64,000 bases of DNA from positions 12,244 to 76,243 of the forward strand of contig JAEUJQ010000037.1 in NCBI GenBank assembly GCA_016793095.1, read 5' to 3'. Origin of the DNA: Myxococcaceae bacterium. Lineage in GTDB: Bacteria; Myxococcota; Myxococcia; Myxococcales; Myxococcaceae. The position numbers and the translations under genes were made by a program. Positions 55,200 through 64,000 of the stretch are shown piece after piece (the stretch's first letter is position 1; each line of letters starts with the position of its first letter). Below the pieces are notes generated by a model. It did no database searches, was not told the DNA's origin, and saw only the letters and a program-made list of their open reading frames with translations.

Positions 55200-57127
55200 G
55201 CCTCTCGCCCGCCGAGCTGGCGCAGCTCGAGGTGTTCGCGTCGACCGTCCTCCCAGCGGGGCAGGTGCTGCCCGCCGCGGGCCGGGCCGCGACGCTGCGG
55301 GCCGCCGACCTGGTGGAGCAGCTCCCCGGCCCGGCGCAGGCCGGCTTCCGCGCGCTCCTGAAGGCCCTCGACGCCCGCGCGCTGCTGTCTTTCGGGAGCC
55401 GCTTCCGCGCGCTGCCCCTTGGCCGCCGGGTGGCCGTCCTCGAGGCGCTCGACGCGTCCGAGGCGACGCACCTGCTGCTGCGCGCCCTGCTGGCGCCGGT
55501 GAAGCTCGGCTACTTCGGCGACCGGGCGGTCTGGGAGCAGCTCGGCTGCCGCTTCGAGGTCCAGCCCCCGAAGGTGCTCGAGCACGCCCGGTGGAGAGAC
55601 CAGCACCTCGAGGCTGTGTCGCTGGCTGACGGCGAGACCCTCGAGTGCGACGTCGTCATCGTCGGCACCGGCGCCGGCGGCGCTCCCCTGGCGCACTCGC
55701 TCGCGCGCAACGGCCACGCGGTGCTGCTGCTCGAAGAAGGGCCCTTCTTCTCCCGCAAGGACTTCACCGGCCGCTCGATGGAGACGATGCGCCGCATGTA
55801 CCGCAACGCCGGCGTCACGGTGGCGTTCGGGAACACGGCCATCCCCGTGCCCATCGGGCGCGGCGTCGGCGGCACCACGCTCATCAACTCGGGCACCTGC
55901 TTCCGCGTGCCGTCGAAGGTGCTGGCCGACTGGCGCGAGGCGGGGCTCCAGGCCTTCACCGACGACGCGCTCTCGGCGCACTACGAGGAGGTCGAGCGTT
56001 TCCTCGAGGTGGGGCCGTCGTCGAAGGCCGCGCTGGGCAAGCCGGCCCAGCTCATCGCGAAGGGCTGCGACGCGCTCGGCTACGCGCACCACCCGCTCCG
56101 CCGCAACGCGCCCGGCTGCGACGGTCAGGGCCTGTGCTGCTTCGGCTGCCCGACGGACGCGAAGCGCTCGATGAACGTCTCGTACGTGCCGGCGGCGCTC
56201 GACCGCGGCGCGCAGTTGCTGACCGGCTTCAAGGTGGAGCGGCTGCTCGTCGAGGGCGGGGCCGCGGTGGGCGTCGAGGGTCTGGCAGGCGGCGGCCCCT
56301 CGAAGCTGACGGTGCGCGCGAAGGTGGTGGTGCTGGCCTGCGGCACGCTCATGACCCCCGTGCTGCTGCAGCGGAACGGGCTGTGTGGCACGTCGGGCGA
56401 GCTGGGAAGGAACCTGTCCATTCACCCCGCGTCGGCGGCCATCGGCGTGTTCGGCGAGTCCCTCGACCCCTCGCGCACGGTGCCGCAGGGCTACGCCATC
56501 GACGAGTTCGCGGCCGAGGGCCTGTACTTCGAGGGTGGGCAGGCGCCGCTCGACCTGACCGCCGTCTCGCTGGCCGGCTTCGGGCCGTCGTTCACGGCGC
56601 TGATGGAGCAGTTCGACCGGGCGTTCGGCTTCGGCTTCATGGTGAAGGACTCGTCGCGTGGCCGGGTGACGGGCGCGAGCGACGGCTCGCCGCGCCTCAC
56701 CTACTGGCTCAACGACAGGGACCTCGCCCAGGTGCGGCGCGGCTTCGGAATCCTCTCGCGCGTGTACTTCGCGGCGGGCGCGAAGGAGGTGCGGGTGCCG
56801 GTGCGCGGCCACGAGCGCCTGCGAACGATGGAGGACGTCGAGCGGCTCGAGCGCTCGGCGTTCCCGGCGAGGCACGTGGACCTGACGGCGTACCACCCGC
56901 TCGGCACCGCGCGCATGGGAGTGGACCCGCTGCGCTCGGTGGTGGACGGCACGCACGAGACCCACGACGTGACGAACCTCTTCATCTGTGACGGGTCGGC
57001 GGTGCCTTCGTCGCTCGGCGTGAACCCGCAGCTCACCATCATGGCGATGTCGCTGAGAGCGGCGGAGTTCGTCAGCCGGCGCCTCGAGACGCTGCACGCA
57101 CGGGGCGCGCGGCGCCTGGCCGGGTAG
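55196..57127 (+). CDS. GMC-family FAD-dependent oxidoreductase
   Basis: VVIVGTGAGGAPLA Rossmann motif, a C-terminal GMC signature (HPLGTARMG) and an N-terminal ~150-aa extension. Confidence 0.8.
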   Translation: MSLSPAELAQLEVFASTVLPAGQVLPAAGRAATLRAADLVEQLPGPAQAGFRALLKALDARALLSFGSRFRALPLGRRVAVLEALDASEATHLLLRALLAPVKLGYFGDRAVWEQLGCRFEVQPPKVLEHARWRDQHLEAVSLADGETLECDVVIVGTGAGGAPLAHSLARNGHAVLLLEEGPFFSRKDFTGRSMETMRRMYRNAGVTVAFGNTAIPVPIGRGVGGTTLINSGTCFRVPSKVLADWREAGLQAFTDDALSAHYEEVERFLEVGPSSKAALGKPAQLIAKGCDALGYAHHPLRRNAPGCDGQGLCCFGCPTDAKRSMNVSYVPAALDRGAQLLTGFKVERLLVEGGAAVGVEGLAGGGPSKLTVRAKVVVLACGTLMTPVLLQRNGLCGTSGELGRNLSIHPASAAIGVFGESLDPSRTVPQGYAIDEFAAEGLYFEGGQAPLDLTAVSLAGFGPSFTALMEQFDRAFGFGFMVKDSSRGRVTGASDGSPRLTYWLNDRDLAQVRRGFGILSRVYFAAGAKEVRVPVRGHERLRTMEDVERLERSAFPARHVDLTAYHPLGTARMGVDPLRSVVDGTHETHDVTNLFICDGSAVPSSLGVNPQLTIMAMSLRAAEFVSRRLETLHARGARRLAG

Positions 57128-57197
57128 CGGTCGTGGCGCGGCATGCGGGGTTGCGGCCGAGCTCGGGCCGGTCGCGGTTCGTCGGGAGTCGTCGAGG

Positions 57198-57722
57198 GTG
57201 ACGCGGTACGCCTCCCGGCCAGTGCCTCACCCCCGTCTTCAGCCTGTGCCTGCGTACCTGGTCGCGCGCGACGTGTGCCTGCTGTCGCTCACCGCGGCTG
57301 CCTGGTGGCTCGACGCGTCGCTGGGCCGACAGAGCCTCCCCGTGGGCGTCTTCGCCGGGGTGATGACGGCGGTGACGGGCTTCCTCGTGCACGAGTACGG
57401 GCACCTCACCGCGAGCCTCGCGTCGGGCGCGCAGGTGACGTACCCGCCGAGCGCGCTCAGCACGCTGCTCTTTCACTTCGACTCCGTGCGCAGCACTCGC
57501 CGGCAGTTCGTGTGGATGTCCCTCGGAGGGTACGCGGCGACGCTCGTGGCGGTGGCGCTCATCGCCGCGCTCGCGCCCCTCGAGACGGTCTCGGGCCGGA
57601 CAGCGCTCCTGCTCGCCGGGGCCGGCATGGTGGTGACGTTCGTGCTCGAGGTGCCGATCACCGTCGGCGTCCTCCGCGGCGGCCCGCTGCCGCTCGGCGC
57701 GGCCTACCGCCCCCACGAGTGA
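57198..57722 (+). CDS. membrane protein with HExxH motif
   Basis: 4 TM segments and LVHEYGHL. Confidence 0.35.
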   Translation: MTRYASRPVPHPRLQPVPAYLVARDVCLLSLTAAAWWLDASLGRQSLPVGVFAGVMTAVTGFLVHEYGHLTASLASGAQVTYPPSALSTLLFHFDSVRSTRRQFVWMSLGGYAATLVAVALIAALAPLETVSGRTALLLAGAGMVVTFVLEVPITVGVLRGGPLPLGAAYRPHE

Positions 57723-57842
57723 GTCGTCGCGAGGTGAGGCTTCAGCGGGCCCGCGGCCACGTGGCGCGAGGGCCGCGCAGCGTCAGGAAACCCGGGTGCG
57801 CGTGCTGGTGTCGAGCGCGGCGTCCCCTCTCCAGGAGCTGCG

Positions 57843-58445
57843 ATGAAGACCGTTCGTCTGCTGCTGTGCCTCGCTGTCGCGTTGAGCGCCGGGCTCGCCC
57901 TCGCGTGCATGAACGGGCTCGAAGAGGAGCGTCGCGTTCCCGACACGCTGCTCGCGCAGGCGCGCAGGGCCTTCAAGGCGGGCCGCTTCACCGAGGCCGC
58001 GTCGAAGTCGGCGCTCGCCTTGTCGGCGCCGGGCTCCGACGCCGAGCAGCGCGCGCTGTGGCGGCTGCACGGGCTGTCGTGCCTGAAGATCGGCAACCTG
58101 CCGCGCGCGGTGGAGTCCCTCACCTCGCTCTCGCAGCACACGAAGGAGCCGCTCATTCACGTGAAGCTCGCCGAGGCGAGGGTGCGGCTCGCCGCGAGGG
58201 AGGACCGCGCCGAGCCCGCCGCGAAGGACGCGCTCGAGGGCTTCGCGTCGCGGGAGCAACTCACCGACGCGGACGCGTGGACGGCGCTGGCCCTCGCGCG
58301 GCGCCAGGCTGGCGAGCCGGACCTGGCGAGGCGGGCCTGTCAGACGGCGCTCGGCCTTCAGCCCCGCCACGAGGAAGCGTCGACGCTGCTCACGGCGCTG
58401 CCTGCGCTGCAGGTCCTGGCGACGAAGACCCGGGTGAAGAGGTGA
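57843..58445 (+). CDS. secreted TPR-like protein
   Basis: Signal peptide MKTVRLLLCLAVALSAGLALA and helical repeats. Confidence 0.5.
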   Translation: MKTVRLLLCLAVALSAGLALACMNGLEEERRVPDTLLAQARRAFKAGRFTEAASKSALALSAPGSDAEQRALWRLHGLSCLKIGNLPRAVESLTSLSQHTKEPLIHVKLAEARVRLAAREDRAEPAAKDALEGFASREQLTDADAWTALALARRQAGEPDLARRACQTALGLQPRHEEASTLLTALPALQVLATKTRVKR

Positions 58446-58659
58446 CGCTGGCCCGCCGGGCGTCAGGTCGCCGCGCGCTCTTCGCGGGCGCGCCGCCACG
58501 AGTCGTCGACACCCGGTCGCTTCAGCGCCACCGCCTCCACCTGCGAAACGGCGGGCCCACGCGCGCTTCCTGCAGAGATGCTCCCGCGCGGCGAGGGCGT
58601 ACAGCTCGATGAGCTCCTCGCGCACCTCCTCGTCGCTGGCTGCCGGATTCCTCAGCCGA

Positions 58660-58800
58660 GTGCCTGCCTCCGCCAGCAGCGGGTGCACCCCGCGCCAGAG
58701 CTCGGGGATGCGCAGGGTCGCCTGGGCTGCGGTGGCCGCGTACACGCGCACGTGGGGGCGCATGCGGCCGGTCGTCGCGCCGACGAGCTTCATCCCTGCG
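58660..58800 (-). pseudogene. remnant fragment (about 40 codons) of the lipid-kinase gene at 61216-62220
   Basis: 58676-58775 is near-identical to 61385-61480. It would encode GMK..HVRVYAATAAQATLRIPELWRGVHPL. Confidence 0.4.
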
Positions 58801-58878
58801 CGGGGCTCAGCCGTCGAGGCAGCTCCAGGTCCCCCCTCCTGACGTCGCTCAGTGTCCAGCGGCCGCGTCAGCCAGCGT

Positions 58879-59991
<1,113 letters not shown>

Positions 59992-60012
59992 GGAACGATG
60001 TGGCGAACCGCG

Positions 60013-61095
60013 TCACGCCACCGCAGGCGCGACGACCGGCGCCGCGACGGGCTGCCGGCCGAGCTGGAAGAGGAACCTCGCGTGCGACCACAGCGCCGCG
60101 CCAACCCCCGGCAAGACCCGGTACGGCACGCCGTGCTGCTCGCACACCGCCCGCACGATGGGCGCGAGCTTCGGGTAGTGCACGTGACAGACCCGCGGGA
60201 AGAGGTGGTGCTCGAGCTGGTAGTTGAGGCCGCCGAGGTACCAGGTCCACAGCGGGTGCGCCGGCGCGAAGTCCACGGCGGTGATGGCCTGGTGCTCGGC
60301 CCACTCCCGCTGCGCGTCGGCCTTCGGGAACGACGCACCAGGGACGCAGTGCGCACACTGGAAGGTGAGCGCGAGCGACAGGCTCAGCACCACCGACGCC
60401 ACGAGGTAGCCGAGCAGCACGTGCGCCAGAGGATGGAAGAGCGCGGGCACCACGAAGGCCCAGGTGAAGAAGAAGAGCTTGCCGAAGACGAAGGCCGCGA
60501 GGTCGAAGCCTCTCGGGCGGGGGAACGGGCGGGTGCCGATGCGGCCGCTCACCACGTCCTTGAAGTCGTCGACGAAGTGCCACTTCACCGCGAGCAGCGC
60601 GTAGAGCAGCCAGGTGTACAGGTGCTGGTAGCGGTGCCATGGCCGCCACCTCTGCTCCGGCGAGAGGCGTACGAGCGGCTCGATGTCGATGTCCACGTCG
60701 AGCCCAGCCACGTTCGGCGTCGAGTGGTGCTGCACGTTGTGCTTCCAGTGCCAGAGGTACGAGCTGCCGCCGAGCACGTCGAGCGTCAGGGCCATCGCGC
60801 GGTTCCAGCCCTGCCGGGCCGAGGTGGCCCGATGCCCGCCGTCGTGCTGCACGTTGAAGCCGATGCCTGCCATCGCGAGGCCCAGCGAGATGGCGGCGAG
60901 GCCGGCCTGCCACCACGTCGCCGCGACGAAGACGAGCACCGCCCAGGACGCGACGAACCACCCGAGGATGAAGGCCGTCTTGAGCCACAGGCTCCCCGTC
61001 GCCGACCTCGGCAGGCGCGCCGCGGCGAAGTAGCCGTCGGCCCCGAGCTGCAGGTCGCGGAAGAAGGGCCCGTGTGGCAGGAAGCGACTCGTCAT
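60013..61095 (-). CDS. membrane fatty-acid/lipid desaturase
   Basis: Three His boxes HDGGH, HNVQHH and QLEHHLF, with 4 TM segments. Confidence 0.8.
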   Translation of the reverse strand: MTSRFLPHGPFFRDLQLGADGYFAAARLPRSATGSLWLKTAFILGWFVASWAVLVFVAATWWQAGLAAISLGLAMAGIGFNVQHDGGHRATSARQGWNRAMALTLDVLGGSSYLWHWKHNVQHHSTPNVAGLDVDIDIEPLVRLSPEQRWRPWHRYQHLYTWLLYALLAVKWHFVDDFKDVVSGRIGTRPFPRPRGFDLAAFVFGKLFFFTWAFVVPALFHPLAHVLLGYLVASVVLSLSLALTFQCAHCVPGASFPKADAQREWAEHQAITAVDFAPAHPLWTWYLGGLNYQLEHHLFPRVCHVHYPKLAPIVRAVCEQHGVPYRVLPGVGAALWSHARFLFQLGRQPVAAPVVAPAVA

Positions 61096-61215
61096 GATGG
61101 CTCCAACGAGGCGATTCGGTGACCACCACCAAGGCGAACTCGTACCGCTACGGTAGCACCGGCGCTGCCGCGCAGGTCACGCCCTCGTCAGCGTGAGCGG
61201 CTTCGGGCCTCGTCG

Positions 61216-62220
61216 TCAGGCGTGCGCGAGGCGGCTCCACTCGAGCACCGACACCACCTGCGGCGCGATGCGGTACTCCACCTGCGAGCGCAGGCCGATG
61301 ATGTCGCCGCCCACCTCGACGGGGACCTCGCGGTCGAACTCCATGCGGCAGTGAGTGGTGAGGAAGTCGTGGCTGTGGGGCAGCGGGTGCACTCCGCGCC
61401 AGAGCTCGGGGATGCGCAGGGTCGCCTGGGCCGCGGTGGCCGCGTACACGCGCACGTGCATGTGGCCGGGCATCCTGCGGGCAAAGTGCAGCGCCTTCAT
61501 GCCAAAGCCCAGCTCCATCGTGGTGCCAGCGCCGGCGACGCCGTAGGGCCCTTCGTACAGCACCGCGCCAGGGCCCGCGTCCACGACCTCGACGACCTTG
61601 CCGTGGGGGTCGAAGGTGAAGGCGCGCTCGGCGAGGTTGACGACGCGCACCTGCGGCCGGCGCCGCTGCAGCACGTTGCGCGGAATCGTGCGGCCGAAGA
61701 GCGAGGTGAAGTAGCCGACCTGCCCCTCGACGAGCTTCTTGAACACCGACGCCTGCTGCCGCTGCACCTTGTAGTCGTGGAGGATCTCCGCGCCCCAGCC
61801 CGCGTCCGCGAACGGCGTCAGCCGGCCCTCGACCTCGAGCAGCGAGAAGTCACTGGTCGGCACGCTCGTGTCCCCGCGCGCCACCACCTGCTGCATGGCC
61901 GCGAGCGCGCGCCTCGGCGAAGGCGCCTTCGTGCTGAAGGCCCACGCGTTCCCGGTGCCCAGCGGCACGAGCCCGACCGCAGGAAAGGGGACGCCCTTCG
62001 CGCGCATCGCGTCGAGGATGCCGATGGCCGTGCCGTCGCCGCCACCCGAGAGCACCAGCCCTGGCGCTGCCCCGGTCGCGGCGTCGTCGACGAAGCGATG
62101 GAGGTCCTCCACCGACTTCGTCGCCACCACCTTCGAGCGCGGCAGCGTCTTGCGCGCCCACTCTGCGAACCGCTCGGAGCCCTTGCGGGCGTTCAGGTTC
62201 ACCACGACGGCGATGTCCAT
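61216..62220 (-). CDS. DAGK-catalytic-domain lipid kinase (YegS/sphingosine-kinase-like)
   Basis: LSGGGDGT and GTGNAW motifs. Confidence 0.75.
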   Translation of the reverse strand: MDIAVVVNLNARKGSERFAEWARKTLPRSKVVATKSVEDLHRFVDDAATGAAPGLVLSGGGDGTAIGILDAMRAKGVPFPAVGLVPLGTGNAWAFSTKAPSPRRALAAMQQVVARGDTSVPTSDFSLLEVEGRLTPFADAGWGAEILHDYKVQRQQASVFKKLVEGQVGYFTSLFGRTIPRNVLQRRRPQVRVVNLAERAFTFDPHGKVVEVVDAGPGAVLYEGPYGVAGAGTTMELGFGMKALHFARRMPGHMHVRVYAATAAQATLRIPELWRGVHPLPHSHDFLTTHCRMEFDREVPVEVGGDIIGLRSQVEYRIAPQVVSVLEWSRLAHA

Positions 62221-62342
62221 GGCCGCAGTCGTAAGGCGGTGCTGTCACGCGTTCGTCATCGCGGGTCCGCCAAACGGACTGCCACCGCCGCTTCGCACCT
62301 CACGTTTTGCCGCCGACGTCCTCGCGCGTCGCCCCACGCCGC

Positions 62343-63305
62343 TCACGGGCCGGCGGCCGCCTTGCCTGCGAAGCACGACGGGAGCCTGTCGACGCCCCCG
62401 AAGTACCGGTCCTTCAGCTTCGCCCACGCGCGCGCGTTCTCGGGCGCGCTGCACTTGAACGGCTTCTTCACCGGCCGGCCCTGCATCACCTCGCGCTGCT
62501 CCTTGAAGTAGCGCAGGGCGAGGTCCGCCGCGTACTCGCGCACGCCGTTCCCGGGCATGAAGGAGTAGTAGGTGCCGCCCTTCACGATGAGCGGCTCGGG
62601 CACGTAGCGCGTCAGGCACTCGATGCCGGTGCCGCACTTCTTGACGATGGCGTCGTAGTCCGCGCTCAGCTCGCGCACCGACCAGTCGTCGTCGTTCAGG
62701 TGGAAGATCTCGTGGAACAAGAGGCCGCGCACCACGGGCAGCGAACCGTTGAGCGTGCCGTTCACGTTGTACGAGACGGTCCAGTCGATGGCGAAGGCGG
62801 CGGGAGTGCGCTTCTTGAGGCTGCGAAAGAAGCGCAGCTCGAGCGCGCGCCAGCGGTAGGGCACCGGGGCGCCCGCGACCTGCTCGGTGTCCATGAGGAA
62901 CGCGTCGATGTCGGTGAGCGCGCCTGCGGCGAACTCGAGGTGCCGACGCTCGGGCCCGATGGGCAGCTGCGGCACGAGGTGAATGACGCCGCGGTAGCCG
63001 CCCTCGAAGTCCTCCTCGGGCAGCACGCCGACGACGTGGCCGGTCTTCTCGAAGAGGTCGAGCGCGAGCTTCACGGCCTGCGGGTCCTCGGCGAGGCGGC
63101 GGCGCATGAGGCAGCGGATCTGCTCGTCGTTGGAGCCGTCGTCGCACCCCTCGATGTCGCCGGCGATGAGCGCCCTCGCCCGCGTCGCGGTGATGGGCGG
63201 CGGTCTGACACCGGTGAGCAACTGCTTCAGCTCGGTCTGCCCGTCCGCGAGCGCGAGGCCCGCGCTCAGCACCAGCGTCGTGGTCACGGCGCGCATGGAG
63301 CCCAT
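62343..63305 (-). CDS. secreted hypothetical protein with HExxH motif
   Basis: Signal peptide MRAVTTTLVLSAGLALA and FHEIFHL. Confidence 0.45.
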   Translation of the reverse strand: MGSMRAVTTTLVLSAGLALADGQTELKQLLTGVRPPPITATRARALIAGDIEGCDDGSNDEQIRCLMRRRLAEDPQAVKLALDLFEKTGHVVGVLPEEDFEGGYRGVIHLVPQLPIGPERRHLEFAAGALTDIDAFLMDTEQVAGAPVPYRWRALELRFFRSLKKRTPAAFAIDWTVSYNVNGTLNGSLPVVRGLLFHEIFHLNDDDWSVRELSADYDAIVKKCGTGIECLTRYVPEPLIVKGGTYYSFMPGNGVREYAADLALRYFKEQREVMQGRPVKKPFKCSAPENARAWAKLKDRYFGGVDRLPSCFAGKAAAGP

Positions 63306-63430
63306 TGGGTGACGAAGGACACCGCCGCGTCAACCCCGGTTCCCCGTGCCTCCGCGAGACAGGCGGCGGTTCGCGCGCTGTCACCGTCCGCCGGGCGCGG
63401 GTAGGGTCGCCGCCTCATCGTGGAGGGGCC

Positions 63431-64000
63431 ATGAAACCGACGACCACCATCGAGCAGTACTTCGCGACCGCTTCCAGGCGAGGGACCCGCACCGCGTTTC
63501 GCTGGCACGAGGGTGGGAGCTGGCGCGAATCGACCTGGGAGGCGAACGCCCGCACGGTGCGCCGGATCGCCCGCGCGCTCATCGCGCTCGGCCTTCAGCC
63601 GAAGGGGTGCCTCGTCGTGCTCGCGCCCAACCGGCCGGAGTGGGTGCTCGCTGCGTTCGGGGCGCAGGCGGCGGGCGGGGTGCCCGTCGGCATCTACACC
63701 ACGAGCACGGCCGAGCAGTGCGCGTACATCGTCGGTCACTCCGAGGCGAAGGTCGCGGTGGTGCACGACCGCGCGCTGGCCGCGAAGCTGCTCTCTCAGA
63801 AGGCGGCGCTGCCCGCGCTCGAGACCATCGTGCTCATGAGCGGCGCGACCGAGGGGCCCGGCGTGCTCTCGTGGGCCGACTTCCTCGCGAAGGGCGACGC
63901 GACGCCCGAGGCCGAGGTGGACGCGCGGAGGAACTCCCTGCAACGCGACGACACGGCCACCCTCATCTACACCTCGGGCACCACCGGCACGCCGAAGGCC
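63431..64000 (+). CDS. AMP-dependent acyl-CoA synthetase, 3'-truncated by the window edge
   Basis: AMP-binding motif IYTSGTTGTPKA at the window edge. Confidence 0.8.
   Translation, partial: MKPTTTIEQYFATASRRGTRTAFRWHEGGSWRESTWEANARTVRRIARALIALGLQPKGCLVVLAPNRPEWVLAAFGAQAAGGVPVGIYTTSTAEQCAYIVGHSEAKVAVVHDRALAAKLLSQKAALPALETIVLMSGATEGPGVLSWADFLAKGDATPEAEVDARRNSLQRDDTATLIYTSGTTGTPKA

Overview
The window is very GC-rich (about 70%) and gene-dense, and looks like a Myxococcota chromosome. The evidence for that is a MYXO-CTERM-like sorting tail, three TIGR02996-type 'repeat-companion' leucine-rich-repeat proteins, a large RCC1-repeat lipoprotein and many lipobox proteins. I found no rRNA, tRNA, CRISPR array, IS element or integrase. 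The clearest functional block is a partial denitrification island: a minus-strand norC-norB-norQ-norD-norE-norF operon divergent from nirK-nirV-sco1, with extra c-type haem domains fused to both NorC and NirK. Other modules I can support are an F0-only ATP synthase operon (atpZ-atpI-atpB-atpE-atpF), a class III nucleotidyl cyclase with a C-terminal FHA domain next to a cNMP-binding protein, a hybrid sensor kinase, livGF without cognate permease genes plus a distant solitary livM, and lipid genes (ceramidase-family hydrolase, PlsC acyltransferase, membrane desaturase, DAGK/sphingosine-kinase-like lipid kinase). There is also a catabolic cluster (aldehyde dehydrogenase, GntR regulator, GMC oxidoreductase), a secreted NUC-type nuclease, a thiolase and an acyl-CoA synthetase. 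The most unusual items are a 1196-aa PilZ-STAND NTPase-TPR protein with a tandem-repeat linker, a 66-bp x3.3 tandem repeat in its divergent promoter region, and a RIO-type kinase with a long Arg/Gly-rich tail of about 32-aa repeats. I also flag Gly-repeat lipoproteins and a roughly 100-bp duplicated fragment of the lipid-kinase gene lying 2.6 kb away. Many long ORFs in the six-frame track are high-GC shadow frames and were rejected. Start codons (often GTG) are inferred and uncertain to within a few tens of bp.
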